Shown here in pieces: positions 35,277-47,166 of a stretch of DNA of 64,000 nucleotides. How positions within the stretch are numbered: position 1 is the stretch's first letter; every line of letters starts with the position of its first letter. The notes below the pieces were generated by a model. That model saw nothing but the letters and a program-made list of their open reading frames with translations, was not told the origin of the DNA and made no database searches. The translations under genes were made by a program, and so were the position numbers. Source of the stretch: Klebsormidium nitens (Eukaryota; Plantae; Klebsormidiophyceae); the NCBI GenBank assembly GCA_000708835.1, contig DF237187.1, forward strand, positions 1-64,000, in the 5' to 3' direction.

Positions 35277-36407
35277 AGTGCCTGCATGTCAGGGATCCAA
35301 CCGTCATGATATTTGCGGATATTAGTGCGATCCGTGACTGTTTGCCAGCGCTGTTTGCAATTTGTTAGTAATGAAGCGGCATGTGTTCGGTCAGAGCTAG
35401 GATTTCTTAATTGTAAGTCTCATGCGCATTGGGGTAGACGAATTGCGCAGGCCGGGCCCGCCCAAACAGCATCGCCGCGCGGCCGTAGCTTACTTAACTT
35501 CCATGACGTCCTGGCTGTCTATCTGGTCATTAGGCTCGAGCTCAAGATATATCTCTTTTGAATCATGGATGCACAATGATGCGCGTATTGTCGCGGCCGC
35601 AGCAGCTAATGATACAAAACGCAATCCCAAATCTTCAGCACAAACATTGCATGCAAATCGTTTTGTCTGCCGGCGGCTACGATAGCTCACCAATCGCTTG
35701 TAAGAAAATATATTTGCAGGTTGAGCGAGCCGGTTGAAAACCCGATATTGCACATGCATGAGGCGGCCATCATGATTGAACTTAGCACGCGTGACAAGCT
35801 GTGCGCGGCTGCAAGGCCCCAACGAAACCGTGGCCCGTTGCAAGGCTCAAATCAAGCAGCCTCAGACACGTGACAGTGAGCCCGGCGAGATCCTTGCAGA
35901 CTCACCGTACATGTACATTAAGTTAACGATCACGTAGACAACGGTTCAAAACGTAGGATGGGAACATAGTGCACAAGCCCACACGGGCTTAAATATCAAT
36001 ATCTTGCATAAGTCAACTGGCCGCTGAGAGCGGCGTCGCTCAACTTAATCAGATCTTGTCACCAGGCGAACTTCTCCTAGAGGTCCAAGAAGAAGGCATG
36101 GCGGCCCAATCCGTGACCATGGCATTTCAAAGAATCTACTGCTAGCCTAGTAGCCGTGTGCGGGCCCTAGCTCGACGGCCACTTTCTGAACGAAGATCGC
36201 GAGTTTATTGCTGTTTGCGCGCAACAGCACCCAACGGTTGTCTATGGCTACTCGACCCACTTGACCCTTTCGCCAGGCCCGGCGTACTTTACATCTATCA
36301 CTGCTTTTCCTACCTCTATATCCGTCTACTATTACCGGCCCTCAAAGTTCAATTTGACCAGGGGCTGCAATCGCAACCCACTGCATTCCGCATCGTGTCC
36401 TATTTGT

Positions 36408-39400
36408 TTATTGGTGGCCTCCGGTCGTAACATATGGTTGCATGTGGGGGGGGCCTCCCATGTGGTTGACCGGGACACCCATTGGCGGGCCCATGGGGCG
36501 CATGTGACCAGGATTCATCATCATATGGTGACCGTACATATTCTGGCCCGGGTGTAGATTTGGTGCGATGGGGGGGTGACCGCCGATGCCGCGCTGGGAA
36601 GGGCCGTGGCCCCCCTGGCCGTTGACACTCGTAATGTCGTGGATGCTATTTCGGCGCTTGTCCTTGCTAATGGAGTTGAGCCGGATGAAGTACTTTTGGG
36701 CGTGTGATGCAACCTGGGTGGGCGTTCGCGAGACAACGAAGTTGCGCGAAATGGATCGCCAGTCTCCTTTCCCGAACTTGGCGAGACCGAGCAAAAATAA
36801 CCTGCGCAGAAGCAACGCGAAAGTGAGGAGTCGTTTGCAGAGGTGCCCAGTACTTTGGGTCTGGCGTTACAGCATGTTCAGTTCCTTTCAGATTAAAAGG
36901 TAGGCTGACACTTGTAAGCACCCCTCAGAAAGGCGGCACAAGTGCCTCACTGTATTGAAGATGTAGAACGATTGATGTGCTTTCAGTGGCATGGTTTGAG
37001 CATTCTGAGACGTCAGGGTAGCCAACAGAGCACACAACAAACGGCACCACCTTAGTCGCTTCCAACCGCGCATCAAGCTCAGGGAAGTGCTTGTGACACC
37101 GATTTCCCTGCCGAGAATGCGCTATACGCCACTCTTGCTAAACGTGCTTAAGTGAACCCGCACAAATGAGTCTACCCCCGGCCTATCAGCGGGCTGCTCT
37201 CCCTGCTCTCAATCTGTTTGTTCCAGTCAGCAACGGATTTCGGATGCTTTCGAGAGGCTACCAACGCCCTTGTGCTTTTCAGGCGCTTCTAAACGACTTG
37301 CCTCCTCAGACAGCTTGACCTTAATCTTAAAGTCAACATCTTGAGAGGTGAATCCGCAATACTTGCCCCAGAAGCGCTATCTTCCGAACCTGCAATCTCT
37401 TCTTAGCCGGTACCTCACTTCTGGGACAGTCAACTCGGCTGCTGCCAGAAAGTTCTAAACAGGGAGCACGCACACACGTGTTATCTTCTGCGAAGTGGCT
37501 CTCGCCTGCTTCAAACAGGGCAGAGCAACCTGAAATTCAGTGGGCAAGAAACAGAAGATGCCCGTCCTCACCTGCGCTTCATTTCCAACCACTCACTACC
37601 CTCAAAACGTCAGCGTGGCACCTAGCTTGAAACTTAGAAAGGGTACAGACGATGATTTCTGCTTGCACGCTCCTCCTCACACAATCAACTCAGACATAAC
37701 TGCCTCAGTCATAGGCAACCCAGTCAAATGCCTCTGGATTTGCACCCCCTCACCTGTGCTCCATTTTACATTTGCATATTCCAAAGTAGAGCTCACTTTT
37801 CCGCATCAGACTTGAACCCTCAAATGGACCCCAACTCCAATCTGTTCTTCTCAGGACAGGTCAACTTCAACCCTCAATCAGTACTGTGGGAAACAACCCT
37901 GTATCTCACCACACCACCCCTCTGCTTTTTAGGCACTCACTTTCCAGTATGCAAAACCCCCTTCACGCGCTGTCATCCTGAGAACAGGCCTCTCGTCCTC
38001 TTTTTTTGATGATTCAATGTAAACCCTCCCTGGCGTGTTTTCCCCCTCATCATGAGCAGTGCCCTCATTCTTAGCACCGTCCATTTTTACATCCAACAAG
38101 TACAGCATAACTGAGATACAACTTGTTCCATACAGAAAGCGCCCGAAGCGGAGGCCCCCTCACCTGTGCTCGTCTTTCGACCATGCAACCTTCTTCCACC
38201 GCTGCTGATGGAAGCACTTCCCCTTAACTACTCATGCTTAGCGCAGGTCAGTCTCAGGTCGACAAAGAAAAAGAACCACTGAAGAAACATCTCCATCTTC
38301 AGAAAATGGGCATGAAGCGGAACCCCCCTCACCTGTGCTCTTCTTCTGACCATGCGATCCCCTTCCGCCGCTCCTGCTCTGACGACCGTTGCCCCACCTT
38401 TGGCCGCCGCGTCCCCCCCGGGCTCGCCGGCATTGCCATCTCCACCCCATTCCCAACATCGTCCCGCATCATCTCCTCCTCTGAAGCCGTCTGCTTATGC
38501 GGGTCCCCATAAGCTATGACCGGCACGCGCCCTGACTCAATTGCGCGCACGTCCTCCAGAAGCTGCTCATATTTGCGCTTGACTTCGTCAGGTGTCTTCC
38601 CAGGCACCTGGCCCGCGATATTGTTCCAGCGCGCCTCGTCCTCCTCGCCATACATGTTGAGCGCATTCTCAAAGAGCTTGTTTTCTGAGGGGGTCCAGCC
38701 TGCAGCGGGGGCATTGTAAACTTTGAGTACAAGCTTGACCTTCTGACTGCGACTTGGAAGCTTAGGAACTTCATTCAGGTGTTTATTTCCTCGAATGTGA
38801 GATACAGCTTGTCTGTTGGGCAAATCAATTGCGCGAATCTACATCCAAACACACGAAAGTCAAGGTTTTGCATTCCGCTCGTCATCCTTGAACAGCTGAT
38901 AACTCAACACTCCCTTCCGCTCTTTCCATCCATCTTCAAAGCACATGCCTCTTTCCTGCCCTCCTGGTCTGGTTTGGGAGGACACTGCAAATAGACGCAA
39001 TGAGTCTTGGGCAAATGCTTGACAAATCTCCTTTTCCTTCCTTCTGGAAGTGGATGATAGTTACGCTTTTACCACTGCCTGGAGCTCATGTATCCTGACC
39101 AGCAACATGAGTCCTCAGGAAAAAGGCACTTGCCCATGATAGTTTTTGGGCAACCAATAGCAATCATGAAGCTTCTGAAGAAAAAGAAAACAAACTATTC
39201 CCACAATTTCATCCGGATTTGCTCCCAGGAAGGGGCTAGAGGAAGGTAAAATGCTCTCAAGATTGGAAATTGGCGTCAAACAAGTTTAGGCTAAACACCG
39301 GCCTATGTTTGCAGTTTCAAGGCTGAACTGTGGCCTACGATCATGCTTTCCTTGCAAACCGGCACTTGGTGCAGTCTCTTCTTTCAAAAACACACACACA

Positions 39401-39931
39401 GATCCACCAAGCAGACTGCAATTGGCCACCGTTCGCGAAAGCAATCATGACATCCAAACATAAAGAGCACAGCCAAATCGGGTCCAACTTGTCTATTTTA
39501 CAATGAGGTGCTTGGAACCTCAAATGCATAGAAGCAAGGACACTCTTGGACTGAACAACATGAGGAGAGCGCAGGCATCACGAGCTTCATCCTGCGCACT
39601 CATGCGCCGATCCTTGCAGCCATGACTGCAACAGTGAGCGCCAGAGCAATCCAGATTCAGAAGCTACTACGCTGGCAAAGAACGCAGCATTACCTGACAG
39701 ATCGCCGGCATGTCCGCTAGAGACGCCGTCATCGCCAAACCGCATATGTATGGAGCCATTGTCAAAGAAGTGGGGCTCCGATCCAAGGTCCGAGCTGTCT
39801 AAACCCTGAGAGCTCGTTTCAGGGGACGTCATCAACTGTGGACTCGCTGCTTCGTTCTCCCACTTCACTGCTTTCACCTCCTTCTTCTCATTCTCCTCTG
39901 TCTGCATTCCAAGAGCTGGCTCCTGCTCCAT
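36408..39931 (-). CDS. R-R-type (DIVARICATA/SRM1-like) MYB transcription factor, 3 exons, 332 aa
   Basis: Exons 39694-39931, 38333-38699, 36408-36801 (999 nt, phases consistent). SANT1 [56 protein letters not shown]; SANT2 [14 protein letters not shown]|[38 protein letters not shown]; [11 protein letters not shown]; Met/Pro/His-rich tail. The first exon is less certain than exons 2-3. Confidence 0.92.
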
Positions 39932-42112
39932 TCTGAACGGCCGCCGAGAGGTCGCTGAGCAGTTTCCTAAATTGCTAGCATTGATGGTCCCTGTCACGGG
40001 CCAGATCGGATGCTCAAGGAACAGGTTATGTGAGTAGATAAGATTGGTGTGGGATTCCTGTCTTGTCTTGGCAATCGTAATTTGGATACGAAGGCTCAGA
40101 GATTGACTCCACAGGACAGCATTTTAGCTCCTGAGACAAAACTGCAAGCAGTCTTGACTGCGACCGGCAACTCGGCTAGCCAAAGCAGAGTCGCTCGGCA
40201 GCATTCAGTGCACTACTATCTCGGATTCCTGATCGTTCTCTGGTCAGTTTATGCAGCTGAGTGTCAGGATACCAGTCCCGAGCAGCAATGCCAGCTTCAG
40301 GGTGACATTCACAGCTGACAGCTGGTCAAGACTGAACCCCTCCTCTCAGTTCCCTCCGCTCGAACGCTTGACATGCAGACAGCCAAGAGCACGCCAGATT
40401 CGACAAGAACTGATGGCACGTCCTTCCTATCCGCCGCTTTGACAGTGGCTCATTTGGGCCCCACTACAAGGCCGTCCTAATGCGTAGGTGTACCCTCCTC
40501 CTGAGCTCAAGAACGGCAAGAGAGCTGACAGAGGGGTTTCAAAATGGCGCCATGCGGAATGATGAATCCAAGCTGCTCTGCACTCCTCCAGGCTCCACCC
40601 TGCGAGGCGAGTTGGAGATTAACAGGACTATATTACCTAATTACCTGGCCGATACGCTGATACTCTCCTTCTTACGGGAATTTATGCTGTGTAGCTCTGG
40701 CACCGTCCATCGACGGTGAGCTTACATTGAAGCATCTGCAACGAGCTTGTACCGTCCATTTCGGACATGACCGGGGATCCCGCGAACGGCCTTGTGACCA
40801 GTGATTTGAGCCGTTTGGCATGCCTGCAAATTGCAATCTCCGGGTCCCGGGATCCGCGCAAGCAGCGACTGCGACAGACGATACATGAATTTCCGAGCGA
40901 TGGCCGGGGCTCGGAGATCCTTAAAAGTCCGGGAGCCGGACTAATAATGGATGATAGAGCCAGTGGAACTCAGGAACACGCAGAACACGCGCGAGTCAAG
41001 GCGAGCCTGCATTCTTCATGCAAGAGTACCTAGCAATTGATCTCATCCTAAGTGAGAACTTACCATGCGGAACATGATAAGTCTATCTCTAAAAAGCTTA
41101 GGTTGTGTCGTCGTTAATTAGCCTTGCTTCAATTCACATAGGATTGCTTCTACGGCTCACAAAACTAACTACGAGGAACTTGTATACCCGTACCGGTAAA
41201 ATGGTCGGTTGTGAAATGAAACCATTGATGGACTTGGTGCTAGCTAGAGTCTGTAGAGCCTAGCTAGGTACCAGCGTGGAAGGGGCACGGATCCTTCAAG
41301 TTGAAAAGCCTACGTTTCCAGCATTAGTAAGCGAAACCGCGAATCCTTTGGGTATTAAAAAGTTGGAAGACCGTCGAGATGAACTCGCACTAAATGCCAA
41401 TCCTTTCAATATATACCTATTTGATATGTTCGCATGCGGCCTGGAGTTTTGGTCAAGAATGGGCATTGCAAACAAATTTCTTATAATCATGCAACGCATG
41501 CGGCCGGTAAGATTAGTGTCCCATCTTCCTAAGAAGAGTGACGTTAAGCATGATGGGCTCGAAGAGAGAATGATTGATCGAGACCAGTGAGCACTTTGAT
41601 GACGGCTCACTTTGTAAAACTACTTCAAGAGGTGACCCAAACGAATCGAGTAAAAAAATGCATTTGGTTGAGAAGCTCAGGAGTCGTGGCCACCATTTGT
41701 ACTATACTACGTACGTGGCCTTTCTGATCAGGCTCACCGTGACACTCCTCATTTCAAATTCACAGTAAATGGTAGGAACACGCCCAGACGCCCAAAGATG
41801 AACGAGGAAATCCGCAGAGCTACTGATCCTTGGATTGGAGCATGACGCGCGCCGGTACGGTCCCCTTTGCTAATCTGCTAAAGCACCGAAGAGATAACGT
41901 GCTCTTGAAAAAATGTGAGCATCGAGTCCTACTGTTTGTAATTATGTTGGGCCTGACATTGGGAGGTAACATGCGTGCGCACTGCTTTACCTTGAATTGC
42001 AATATATAGATATTTCATTGCGACTTTGTGCTATCAAACCTGACCGCTAAAGCGCATTAGATTCAAAGCTGAACTTCGCTGCCTTGTTACCTTATTCTGA
42101 TGGTCGGGATCT

Positions 42113-45100
42113 TCAAATGGGTGCCCGCTTCTCTGACTCGGGCCCTACTCTACCTCCTGATCGTTCATGCGTTTCTGATAAGTGAGGGGCACTCATAGAC
42201 TTTTTTGAAGACTTCAGTTCTCTTTTCTCCCTTTCAGCAACCTCCAAAGCCTCCTTTGCGTGCTTCGCATACGCTCCCCTTTCCGTGTAATCGACGCTAG
42301 GCGAAAGACTGTAGTCATCCAGATTCGTCGATTTGATGTGCTCTAGCAGCTTCTCCGGCTCTTCCGCCTTGTTTCCCTCAAATGCCGCTAACAAAGAGAG
42401 ATTGAAGTTGTGATGCAAGAAGGCTACGGGTATGTCATTCGGATCGTACTTCCACGGTTCTTCGATTTCCCGAGCTACCTGCAGAGCGTACAATATCGTT
42501 GAAAGTTCGAATTTGCTGTACCTGTCCCATTCCGGTACGTCAACGAGCCCTGTTGTCGGTTTATGGATATATCCGTTCACTGGCAAGACCTCAACAGAAG
42601 AGACGCCTCTCGAGATGCAGATTGACAGCACAAGGGGCCGGTCCAGAACCGGATACTAATCAACAGAAAAGTTGCAAGGGTTTTTTTCTCGTTCCTAACA
42701 GGGACCGATGAATCGGGTCATGAAATGTCCACCAAGCCCTCCCCTCGTGTACACGATTCACCTTAAGGAGCCCGAACTGCGAAAACAGATCATACTCACC
42801 TCGTTCAAGGTGAAACACGACCACACTGCCGCAAATGTGAAGAGGACAACCTGCATGTTCCAGAAATAGCAATCAGCAGAACAATATACAGATAAGACTC
42901 GTCAGAAGCAAGCACGCACGACCCTGTTGACAACCAAAGCTATACACGTCCCCAGACAATGAGCTCTCGCTCCCTGCTTCGAAAGTGATTCAGATCACCA
43001 TAACGTTGCCCTCTGCAGAAGCAACTCCGAGAACCCCGGAGATATCGAAGAAACTCACAATCCAGGTGTTGTTGAGCCAGGCGACCATCATCAATGGACA
43101 CATGAGGGCTTGGAACCACAGCATCATCGTCACAGTTTGCGCGTACGGGAAAGGGAATGGAGTGTCGTTGATCTTCATCGCCTGCTCAAACGCGTTCATT
43201 CCATCTGGAAAAGAAGGCAGAAGAACGGACGGATTCGTAAGCGAGGGAAGGGAAAACCAAGTAATATAACACGATAATGTTGCGGCGCTTCACCGTAGGA
43301 TTGGAGATGTGTAGTACGGCGAAGCAACCAGCTTGACCAAAAGATAGGCATCTTCTCTTGCCCACGTTACTTCGTCTCGATTCCAGGCGAACCCGGCAGC
43401 GCCGACTGCAGTTCCGTGTGTTGAATAGTGCATTAAAACATTCCTGCTTGCTTTCTACCAACTGTCTTAATAAGCATATATTGATCTTGCATAAAACTAG
43501 TTTCTGGCAAAGACAGAAAAGTCAGGCCACGTACCTTCCAGATTTTGGTGAATGCGTGTGACAATAGGTGCGGCTTCGTTTAGTCCCCCTGCTTGACGCC
43601 TGGCCGTCAGGTGCTGATGTATCCACATGAATACGCAGAAAGCTTTCGATTCGCTCTTCTCGAGGACCTTGATTTCCATTTTACTGAGGCCCCCCAGGAC
43701 TGGAAGAGGTAGATTCATCCAATAGTCCCGGAAGTGGTTCATGTGGTGCCTTAGAGCACAGAGATGGCTGCACAAATACGGTTTCGTTCAGGAAGTGGAG
43801 AGACATTTCCTGAGCCTCGGCATAACTCTCAGCTTTGAAGGTTCAACTTGACAAAGGCTGGTACCCGTTTTCTTGCAACGTACACAAGATGCTGCCAGAA
43901 TGGACAGTGGCAGCCGCCTTCTTCTTACTAAGCAACTGAGTAGTTTCAGGCAGACGTTGAAGACTTAGAGATACAACTATTTAAAGGCGGACGAACTTAC
44001 TTATATTTCTGCCAGTTTGGTAGCTCGGCAGGATCCCTAGGGGGAGGGAAGGGGGTCACATGAAAGCTACCTGGAAAAGCGGGGAAAACGAAAAGGTAAG
44101 AGAGGGCATGTACCTCGCTGCTGGTCGGGAGTGCCTGTCTGTAAGAACAGGCATACAATTCCAGGCCTTTTGAAACCGTGGAAAACCACCAATCCAGCAA
44201 GCCACTCGCCTCAACTTTCAAGGTGTCGTTGTTGCTTCTTGGAATCAATCTGCAGTCTCACCTCTGACCAGATTTTCCAGCATCGTGTCACCTCGCAATC
44301 CCTGGAAAACCATGAATAACACGTCAACAAGGATCTCAAGCAGAAAGGAGAGTTGAATGGCAGGAAAGCTTCCAATAGTGTCACTGTCCAGAGCAACCAT
44401 CAGGGGTCTGGATCACGATCTAACGGATCTATTCCAGAGATACAAGAGGAGCTTCAAAGAAAGCTTGAAGGGGACTGATCCAGCTTGTTATCAGTTGTCA
44501 ACCTGTCTGCCACCTAGCTAAAGTGTCTGGTATTTTGGAGAAGAGTTGCAACCGAAGCTCACTTGCATCGCAAGTCCGTGCATCAGAGACATGAGATGGA
44601 TAAACTCTGCTCTCCATTGGGGTCCAGTCGACACGGCTGAAGGTAATTCTGCCGCTTCGTCGAAAGCTATTGCTTCAGCAACAGCTCCAAGCCATCTGCT
44701 CCTGTGGCCATAGAGAAGGAGGCATATAAGCTGATCCAGAGAAGCAAATGTTAGGCCAACCGTACATCTGCAACAATCAGATGGTTTTGACTCTTGCAAG
44801 TCAAAAGCCGAAAGCATACTCCATACCATCAAAGCAGTTGAGGTTATTGTCCTAAATATTCTCAGCAGTGTGAGGAGATCTCAACAGCACAACTTTTGAT
44901 GGATTTCAGCACCTCAGCAAACATATGACGATTGCTGAGACTCGCTGTGTCCTGCTCTGCCACTCACGTCATGTCTTGTACGCGCGTCCTAGCTTCCCAG
45001 TATCTTGCATGGCTGAGGTTGATGCGGAAAACAAGAACAAATCCCACAACAGAGGCAAAGATTCCAACTGCGGAGAAAGAGCATAGTTAGATCGTAATTT

Positions 45101-45723
45101 TCTCTCCTTCCTCACCATGTTTCACAAGATGCATTGTTGCAGACGAGAGAAGTGCATATAAGCTTCATAGATTTCAGCAACCTGCCCCCTTCAAAGATCA
45201 CCATAGCCAGTGCTTGCGATCAATGCAGACAGGGGCTCTTTCGGCTCACATGGCAGCGGATGAAGAAACCACCCTCTCACTTCGTTCTTGGCAAAAAGAT
45301 CAAGGAAGATAGCCAGAAGGGCGCTGGGGAGAGCTAGAGGAAAGGCTCTTGGCAAAGGGCTTCCGCTGCAGCAACAGACACCACACTTGTTAAGCTGATT
45401 GCAGAAATTAGTTGAGCAGGAAGCAAATCTACTCCAAGGGATACTTGAGGACTGATCCTGATTGAAAACAACCAGCTTTGGAAGCCAGATGCCCAAAAGC
45501 ATGGCCAATGAGCTGCACTACGTTCAATGCACGTTTGCTGTAATCTTTCAAAAAAGTGCACCACCACCTTCAGGGTTTAACTTGGCACCAAGATTCATGA
45601 TGCGAGGAGAAGTTTGTTCTTTCTTTGAAGTGGTGGCAGTACCCCACCCTCTCTTGAAATTCAGACTTACTAGATTCTGAAGAGAAGGTTGATGCCACCC
45701 ACGCCTTTCTTGTAGACAATCAT
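42113..45723 (-). CDS. Bestrophin-family (RFP-TM) anion channel, 11 exons, 434 aa
   Basis: Exons 45671-45723, 45250-45365, 44968-45067, 44563-44701, 44262-44301, 44114-44138, 44001-44036, 43535-43767, 43059-43204, 42800-42850, 42113-42478 (1305 nt, phases consistent). Motifs GSPLPRA, GFVLVFRINLSHARYWEAR, INDTPFPFPYAQ, VAREIEEPWKYDPNDIP. Confidence 0.88.
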
Positions 45724-47166
45724 CCTGCACTTGGTCCTTTGCAGGAAAGGGCAGCTTTGTTATTCAGTTCCATTCATAAGCAGATCCTCCGACCATGTTT
45801 CATGTCAAGCTCATATATGAGCCGGCAGCTGCATTTCATATGAACCAACTTTGGTACTTGCTCAGAGCATAAGAGACTGCAGACCTCAGCTGCAAGTTGC
45901 TGACAACGCTGCGCCGTGACTGTCGCATCAATGGCCTTCACTTTGGTCATTGACCAACAATACTGCACAAGCGGAGACCTCATATACCTTGCACGCTCCA
46001 GGCTCCATGGCCAGGCCGCCGGCCCAGGCGTATAGCGCGCATTCGCAATATTGACCCTTTACGCTGAAGTCCACGCTGGCTGCCATGTGAACCAAGGGGC
46101 CAAATCGTGGCCGTTCATCGGAGACTGACAAGCTGCAGTGCGCGTACATATGCCATCATTTGCCAAGTGGCATCGTGTGGAGCAGGTGAGCAGCCATGTG
46201 GCGAGGATCTGTTGCCCTGCAAGGATCGTTAATAAACCGTAAGTTACCATCGTTAAGTAGGTATATATTATCACGCAGCCTTGTCGGCTCCAGAGTCCTC
46301 GCTCCTGAGTCGATCTCTCTGCAAATCAATGAACCACAATTTTACGCTCAAACTGTTCCACACGAGGCATGGTGTTATTGCACGATCCGACCGTTTTACC
46401 GGTACGGATAGGGGTTGTGTCGATGGTTCTCATCTTATGCTCCTACAGGTCCCCAAAAGAGCATAGGACTACCATAAGCAACTCGAGGCGTATACGCCGA
46501 ATTCTATCTCTAGAGGCAAGTTATCTCTAGAGGCATGCCGGCAAAACCGCCAGGGACAATCTATATTAGCAGCATGCCTCGTATCGTATTTAGGTCAGGA
46601 GCTCAATCGAGAATGCAATTAATCCAGCCTGCCAAGCATGTGTGCTCGCAAAAATTGCAATATTGGATGACGGTTGCGACCGCCGCGCGGCACCGTTGGT
46701 TGCAGCAAGTTCGTCATGCAGTTGACGGTCGCTTGACAAGGTAAGACATTGACAGAATCGTCTGAGATTGCATGCACCCGGTGCTACATGCTGTAACAAT
46801 ATGTACACTCGAAAGTTTCTTTGGTAATGAATATAATACAGGTACGACCCAGATGCATGCCCTCATCAAGAATACGCTTCGGAAGTGCTGGTACGCATAC
46901 CTGCATGATCTGGAGGAGCGGTTTAACCGGCAAGTGACTGCGGGTGACCAGCCTGCTGGGAGAAGATTTATGCTTGTACAGACTAGCACTAGAACACATT
47001 ATACCAAATAGGAAAATGCACCAAGGCCAGCCACCCGTGTTGGAAGAAGCTGGTGTCACCACAGATGGCGGAAAGTCCGTTGCATCCATAAACATAAACG
47101 GACGAACCGTCCGGACCTTTTATAATAAGCCAGCACAACGGAAATTGAGTGCCAAGACTAGGCACG

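Noticed and set aside
41276-42002. Short ORFs between the MYB and bestrophin genes as a transposon remnant
   Set aside because: No transposase, RT or integrase motif and no terminal repeats.
43861-43935. Candidate extra exon in the bestrophin gene
   Set aside because: Direct splicing of 44001 to 43767 is phase-consistent and gives a more plausible sequence (NWQKYNHLCALRHH).
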